Below, piece after piece: positions 59,160 to 64,000 of a DNA stretch of 64,000 bases; position 1 is the stretch's first letter; the number at the start of each line of letters is the position of its first letter. The stretch is from the sequence record NC_042081.1; one strand, written 5' to 3'. The translations under genes and the position numbers were made by a program. The notes under the pieces were generated by a model, which did no database searches, was not told where the DNA came from, and saw only the letters and a list, made by a program, of their open reading frames with translations.

Positions 59160-59487
59160 TGACCATCTCCTTAAGTTTATTCTTAGCCCAGTTCTTTTCA
59201 TAGCCAGAACGAATGAATTTACCCGATCCAGCATTGAGCCAATAACGTTCACCTTTGAAATAACGTTCCCGTTTAGCACGGGTCAGGCGAAGAGGGTCAA
59301 ACATATCCTGCGTCTTACACATGTAACGATTACGCAGAAAACAATTGTCGTTCAGGATACGGACAGAGTACAGCTGCCCCAGGCGGCAATTAGCCAGGGA
59401 TGCTTTCTCGGTACGCAGGCGATGTTCATAGTTCTTGGCATCGACATGATGATTATCAGGATGCTTTTTTCCGAGCTTATGGCTCAT
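59152..59487 (-). CDS. Basic early hypothetical protein
   Basis: 111 aa; K/R-rich; GGAG RBS. Confidence 0.75.
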   Translation of the reverse strand: MSHKLGKKHPDNHHVDAKNYEHRLRTEKASLANCRLGQLYSVRILNDNCFLRNRYMCKTQDMFDPLRLTRAKRERYFKGERYWLNAGSGKFIRSGYEKNWAKNKLKEMVNE

Positions 59488-59638
59488 TATTTTTTCTCCA
59501 ATTCAGTTGCTACACGGCGGGTGCGTTATATATTCTAGGTTGTAGACTATAACTATCTCTTCTCCCCACCCATAAATGCTAACGCACTTGTACCAATACC
59601 ATTTCAACCTGTTCTTTAGTTACATAGAACTTTTTCAC

Positions 59639-59905
59639 TTATACATCTGCCAGCGCCACGATTACGACATGATAAGGACTATCAACATTGTGACCCATGC
59701 ACGTCTTGCATTTGAAGATCCGCCACTTTCCATACGAAGGCAGGTCATGGTTTTTCACGTAAATATAATCATGGGCCGCTACGAGGTATTTTTGTTGAAT
59801 AGAAAATTCGCAGGTAATGTAACCTTTCTCACGAATGAACTCATTGGTCATCTGATCGAAGATCTGTTTGAGTTCATCAGTAAGGGCGACTTGAGTTTCG
59901 AACAT
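59639..59905 (-). CDS. Early hypothetical protein
   Basis: 88 aa; AAGGA RBS; one CxxC. Confidence 0.6.
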   Translation of the reverse strand: MFETQVALTDELKQIFDQMTNEFIREKGYITCEFSIQQKYLVAAHDYIYVKNHDLPSYGKWRIFKCKTCMGHNVDSPYHVVIVALADV

Positions 59906-59962
59906 TGAAAGTTTCCTTTTGATATATTAAATAGTTTTGATTATTTCGGAGTTATTGAATAT

Positions 59963-60181
59963 TTAGGTTACCATCTGCTCTATATAGACTCGGCTGATTT
60001 CATTTAAGTAAGCGAGTGCCAATAGAATACCAGCCCAAATAACAATTTTTCTAGTAGTCTGTTTTTCTATTACACTTGGGTGTAATTCACGAATACTACG
60101 GTGACAAAATACATAAAACAGACACAGACTCATTGTAACAAAGATAATGGTAAACCATCCTAGATAGATCATTTTCTTCAC
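59963..60181 (-). CDS. Small two-TM membrane protein
   Basis: Two hydrophobic stretches of ~20 aa. Confidence 0.65.
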   Translation of the reverse strand: MKKMIYLGWFTIIFVTMSLCLFYVFCHRSIRELHPSVIEKQTTRKIVIWAGILLALAYLNEISRVYIEQMVT

Positions 60182-60201
60182 CTATTTTTTATAAATAGAG
60201 T

Positions 60202-60531
60202 TTATAGTTTAGTCAGGCGGATGATTTCTTCTAAAGCTGCATCAACTTGATAATACGGCCATGAATCAACACGAGGTTCGTTATCAAGGTATGTCCAAAG
60301 TTGAATACCTTGGAGTTTATTGTAGAATACATTGATTCTGATTCCTTCATGGCCAACAAGACCTTCAATGTAAGCTGCACCATGCACATACGTAACATGT
60401 AGTGCGTACTCGCTATCTTCACCAGTGTATTGTATAGGTCTGGAGTAGACGAAGGAATAAGGATTAAATGGATCAGCCTGAGTGATATGTTCGAAGAATT
60501 CTTTCAAACTAGATTTTTTCATATTGGACAT
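60202..60531 (-). CDS. Early hypothetical protein
   Basis: 109 aa; GAGGA RBS. Confidence 0.7.
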   Translation of the reverse strand: MSNMKKSSLKEFFEHITQADPFNPYSFVYSRPIQYTGEDSEYALHVTYVHGAAYIEGLVGHEGIRINVFYNKLQGIQLWTYLDNEPRVDSWPYYQVDAALEEIIRLTKL

Positions 60532-60593
60532 TATATTTTCCTCATGATTTATTAAGTCTATCTTCTAGGATGTAGACTTAATACTATTCGATG

Positions 60594-60986
60594 TTATTTT
60601 AAGACACCTGCCTTGTAACCTTTAACAACAGTTCTAGCTTCTAATGCACTGATTTCGCCAATGTGTTTACGCAGTGCTTTAATAGCGTTGATGGTAGGTT
60701 CATTATCCGCGATATGTCGCCAGTTTCCCTTACCCTTAATGAGTTCAACATCCTGGACATATAGACCATCTTTAACTAGATCCATTGTTTCCACCAACTT
60801 TTCGACTTCTTTAGTTATATGCGTATGAAGACTGGCGAGGGACATGTCAGTCATTTGATGCACATCATAGAGAAAATCCCTATTATCAGAAGACGATAAA
60901 ATCTCTTTGGTGAGTTTATTTACAGTGTCAATGTTCGCTGCAATTGAAATTAGCAGCGCGGCATACTTCTCTGCATTATAATTCAT
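60594..60986 (-). CDS. Protein with a ribosomal L7/L12 CTD-like C-terminal motif
   Basis: INAIKALRKHIGEISALEARTVV matches the L7/L12 KIxxIKxVRxxTGLGLxEAKxxV pattern. Confidence 0.6.
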   Translation of the reverse strand: MNYNAEKYAALLISIAANIDTVNKLTKEILSSSDNRDFLYDVHQMTDMSLASLHTHITKEVEKLVETMDLVKDGLYVQDVELIKGKGNWRHIADNEPTINAIKALRKHIGEISALEARTVVKGYKAGVLK

Positions 60987-61014
60987 TAATACGTATTCCT
61001 ATTTAAAATTGGAT

Positions 61015-61158
61015 TTAGTGTAATGCAGTAATACTGCGAATATCTAATTCATGTAAATCATATTTCTTTAGGAACTCATTAACCGCTTGCTGAATGGTGT
61101 ACCCACTCGGAGATTCCCACTGAGTACCATTAAAAGCAATAATACGATAACCTGTCAT
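61015..61158 (-). CDS. Unannotated 47-aa ORF (MTGYRIIAFNGTQWESPSGYTIQQAVNEFLKKYDLHELDIRSITALH)
   Basis: GAGGA RBS; fills the gap between terminator and next gene. Confidence 0.65.
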   Translation of the reverse strand: MTGYRIIAFNGTQWESPSGYTIQQAVNEFLKKYDLHELDIRSITALH

Positions 61159-61184
61159 TTTTTATTCCTCTAATCACAAAATAA

Positions 61185-61206
61185 ATACCCTCCCGAAGGA
61201 GGGTAT
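61185..61206 (-). terminator. Intrinsic terminator
   Basis: ATACCCTCC-TTCG-GGAGGGTAT-TTATTTT. Confidence 0.8.
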
Positions 61207-61214
61207 TTATATCG

Positions 61215-61694
61215 TTACCAATTGATTACAGCGACAAACTCAAATACCCGACACAATTCTTTATCACGATGGGCATGATGAAAAGATTTACCTTCAATAC
61301 CGCAATACGGATAAAACAATTTTCGGTGTTCCGTGTCGCCGAACCAGAAGGTGGTGTTATTGGAATCAACCACACCATGGATAGCCACATCACGAATGTA
61401 CTGAAATACATGAACTACCTTATCAGTGATCACTCGCAGTTCTACACCGTGTTCCTTCATCATAGCCAGGATGTCTTCCTTGGTGTAATCTGCTTGTTCA
61501 GCATTGGTCATGATCTTGTGAGTCAGAGAACGCTTTTCCTTGTCACCGAAACAGATACAGACCAATTGCACCAACTGACCTTCTACCTTGAGACCACTGG
61601 TCGGTTTTAGTAGAACGAACTCATCATATTTGTAATCATTGGTGACAATCAGTGCCGACTTATTGCGAGTGACAATACCTAAGCTATACGACAT
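61215..61694 (-). CDS. Early hypothetical protein
   Basis: 159 aa; AAGGA RBS. Confidence 0.75.
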   Translation of the reverse strand: MSYSLGIVTRNKSALIVTNDYKYDEFVLLKPTSGLKVEGQLVQLVCICFGDKEKRSLTHKIMTNAEQADYTKEDILAMMKEHGVELRVITDKVVHVFQYIRDVAIHGVVDSNNTTFWFGDTEHRKLFYPYCGIEGKSFHHAHRDKELCRVFEFVAVINW

Positions 61695-61706
61695 AATTAA
61701 TTTTCC

Positions 61707-62708
61707 TTATTTTAGAGTATGTTGAACCTTGTGGATGTCTTCCAGGATAATACCCAGACCAGAAGCCATGTAGATATGTTCCTGGCCTACACGCTTGTGG
61801 AAACCAAGCAGAGCATCTACCGGATTTTCAATGGGGAAATATTCGGTATTGTTGCAGTCCCAAGCAAACTCCCATTCTCCATCACGAATCTCTATTTTGT
61901 TAGCACTGAGGTAAGTGATATTGATGGTATTTACAGTGGCATTACCACCAATAAGGTAGTACGATCCTTCATTGCTACGAACATCGATCCTGCCGCCATC
62001 GATAGTGTCCTGATAGTAGAAACCACGGTCGAAGAAGAACTTCAGCATTGAAGTGAAGTAGCTGTTCAATACAGCTTGAGCATCTTTCTCTTCGACCACC
62101 CATTTCCCATCAACGATGTTATTCAGGTAATTACGATCATGATTGATCCCGACATCATCCACGATGTCAGCGTAGTTCTTATGGAACTTAGCAATCTCGT
62201 ACAAACGTTCCAGAGTAGCAAAACGGAAAATACTAGTGGGATGCAGAGCCAGAATGATTCGACCTACGCTCCACAAACCGGCTCCGTTGACCTTGTAACT
62301 TTCTTCGAGGTAACCTTTGATACCACAGTTGACTTCAAGTTCATCTGCTGGGAAACCGGTGCGGATCCGCCTACGGATAGCCAATAGTACCGATTCGGAT
62401 TCTTTCGGATCGAACAGGTCTATGCCGAAAGTAATCCAGCTACCACGTACTTTGTGTTGGTATGCCAGACGTACAGTATTACCGTACAGATAAATTAACC
62501 AGCGTTCGTCTTCCGATACGATCAAACGGCAACCACATTGCCACAGGGTACCTAGAGGATCGTTAGAGGCGAGAATACGCTTGGTGTCGTTCATATCCGA
62601 CGAAGTAGCATCTGGACTGCCATGTAGGTATGTCAAAAGAAACAGAAGTGATGCTTCTGTAGTTTGAGCACTCAACATTGCGCGAGTGATGGTTGCATTG
62701 ATGATCAT
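61707..62708 (-). CDS. Early hypothetical protein
   Basis: 333 aa; AAGGA RBS. Confidence 0.75.
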   Translation of the reverse strand: MIINATITRAMLSAQTTEASLLFLLTYLHGSPDATSSDMNDTKRILASNDPLGTLWQCGCRLIVSEDERWLIYLYGNTVRLAYQHKVRGSWITFGIDLFDPKESESVLLAIRRRIRTGFPADELEVNCGIKGYLEESYKVNGAGLWSVGRIILALHPTSIFRFATLERLYEIAKFHKNYADIVDDVGINHDRNYLNNIVDGKWVVEEKDAQAVLNSYFTSMLKFFFDRGFYYQDTIDGGRIDVRSNEGSYYLIGGNATVNTINITYLSANKIEIRDGEWEFAWDCNNTEYFPIENPVDALLGFHKRVGQEHIYMASGLGIILEDIHKVQHTLK

Positions 62709-62780
62709 GAGATATCTTCCTTTTTACAGTTTATGAATATATTGCTAAATAAAAAAAATATTACGATGTAGAAAATAAAA

Positions 62781-62798
62781 GGGAGTCCGAAGACTCCC
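62781..62798 (-). terminator. Intrinsic terminator
   Basis: GGGAGTC-TTCG-GACTCCC-TTTT. Confidence 0.8.
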
Positions 62799-62813
62799 AT
62801 TATTGCGTGTAAT

Positions 62814-63926
62814 CTATTTGATGATAACCGCTTTAGAAAGAGTTTCCATACTTCCAATAACTAATTTGGATTTCTCTTCTTCAGGGTTCTCCATTGCTTC
62901 ACGCAGGAGTTCACCAATAGTTTTGGGTTGAACATCATCGCTGATTTCACGCGAGCATGCCGAGTCGTCGTACATATCAAACACATTCAGATCATCATCA
63001 TCCAGGGGCGTGCTGTCATTCCATGAATAGCTTGATTCATCTGAGATATCATCAGACTCACCATACTGTTCACTGAGGTCACGGTCCAGTTCAGCCTCAT
63101 ACATCTCGCTCATTGCTTTATCGTCTTCTTCTTGCGCCTTACGACGAGAAGTCTTGTAGAACGGAAGCAGGCGTTGCAGGACTTTATGGAACTTCTTCTT
63201 GCTGATCAACCAGCTAACAGAGTAGCGAGACAGCTTTACTTCAGCTGCTTTGATAGTCGGATCGGAGTACAGCGCCATGACTAGCTTGTCCAGTTTATAC
63301 AGATGATCTTTAAACGAAGTTGCATAAGCAGGATGTTCCCGAAGAGCGAACATCACAAACGAACGCATGTCAGTGATATAGTACTGACTGTGATGTTTGT
63401 TGACTTCGATGTATACCGGATCTACTGCGCGGTTATAATCGAATTCCTCTGCCCAGGTAAGGCTACGTACTTTAGTAGGACGAGGACCTTCTACCCAACG
63501 AACAGTCGGATGTTTCTCACGGATGTTCCAACCATGATTGCGATCATACTCGGTTGACTCTTCTTTGAACCAGGTGAAATTACCTTCACCGCGCGATACA
63601 ATACCACGGCACCAACTGACGTTGATTGCCTTGTTACGGCTTTCAGTAAGATCACAGGGCATGTCCAGAATAGCGACATAACTGTTATGACCATTGGCCA
63701 CAACGCCGAGAACAGTAGCTTCGAATGTCTCGTAGCGCTGTCCAGGATACACACGTTCATTCTCATCCAGGTAACGAAGGGAGCAGGATTCGAAGATAGC
63801 ACGAGTACCGGCAGGGAAATGGGCACGACCGAAAGGTTGTTCGGCCTTTCTTTCTTTACGACGGCTGATAACCCATTCCAGTTTTTCTTTGGTCAGACGG
63901 GTTACGGGTTCACGATATTGTTTCAT
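62814..63926 (-). CDS. Early protein at the phiKZ gp14 position (recalled as a ribosome-binding factor)
   Basis: 370 aa; basic N-terminal region, long acidic C-terminal tail; identity inferred from gene counting and size. Confidence 0.5.
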   Translation of the reverse strand: MKQYREPVTRLTKEKLEWVISRRKERKAEQPFGRAHFPAGTRAIFESCSLRYLDENERVYPGQRYETFEATVLGVVANGHNSYVAILDMPCDLTESRNKAINVSWCRGIVSRGEGNFTWFKEESTEYDRNHGWNIREKHPTVRWVEGPRPTKVRSLTWAEEFDYNRAVDPVYIEVNKHHSQYYITDMRSFVMFALREHPAYATSFKDHLYKLDKLVMALYSDPTIKAAEVKLSRYSVSWLISKKKFHKVLQRLLPFYKTSRRKAQEEDDKAMSEMYEAELDRDLSEQYGESDDISDESSYSWNDSTPLDDDDLNVFDMYDDSACSREISDDVQPKTIGELLREAMENPEEEKSKLVIGSMETLSKAVIIK

Positions 63927-64000
63927 GGTGTATTTTCCTTTTTACGATTAATTTGGATTATGTACATCTCAATGCATCCTTTCCAAGATACATTGAGATG

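Noticed and set aside
61269-63557. Several 80-115-aa + strand ORFs opposite early genes (61269, 61719, 62076, 63303)
   Set aside because: Antisense frames that stay open because of GC-richer codon usage; fully overlap better minus-strand genes
63964-64000. CATCTCAATG...CATTGAGATG inverted repeat
   Set aside because: Real hairpin but cut by the window edge; context cannot be judged

Overview
64 kb of a phiKZ-like Pseudomonas jumbo (nucleus-forming) phage genome, read in reverse relative to the phiKZ reference and spanning roughly gp75 down to gp14. phiKZ gp numbers come from recalled sequences and gene order, not from a database search. Left part: SF2 helicase, non-virion RNA polymerase subunits (gp74, spliced gp71-73, gp68, spliced gp55), nuclear import/shell genes (picA, chmC, chimallin chmA), SbcD-like nuclease, family B DNA polymerase, PhuZ tubulin and the RNase E inhibitor Dip. 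Middle: tail tube, tail sheath, virion proteins and large terminase. Right: small early genes. Three group IA2 introns were mapped to the nucleotide; one encodes a NUMOD4-HNH endonuclease, one a 37-aa mini-ORF, one is ORF-less. A family of TATAT(T/C)A early promoters and many hairpin terminators is visible. Best candidates for undescribed biology: (1) a ~325-nt GC-rich, multi-helix non-coding RNA between the chimallin stop codon and its terminator, with a palindrome cluster in the chimallin leader; (2) a conserved 9-mer (TTTATRCCG) abutting terminator hairpins, plus terminator-early-promoter cassettes; (3) a diverged duplicate of the gp59 5' end bracketing an apparent inserted cassette; (4) a probable array of diverged paralogues at 29.4-33.4 kb. 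No CRISPR array, tRNA or rRNA was seen.
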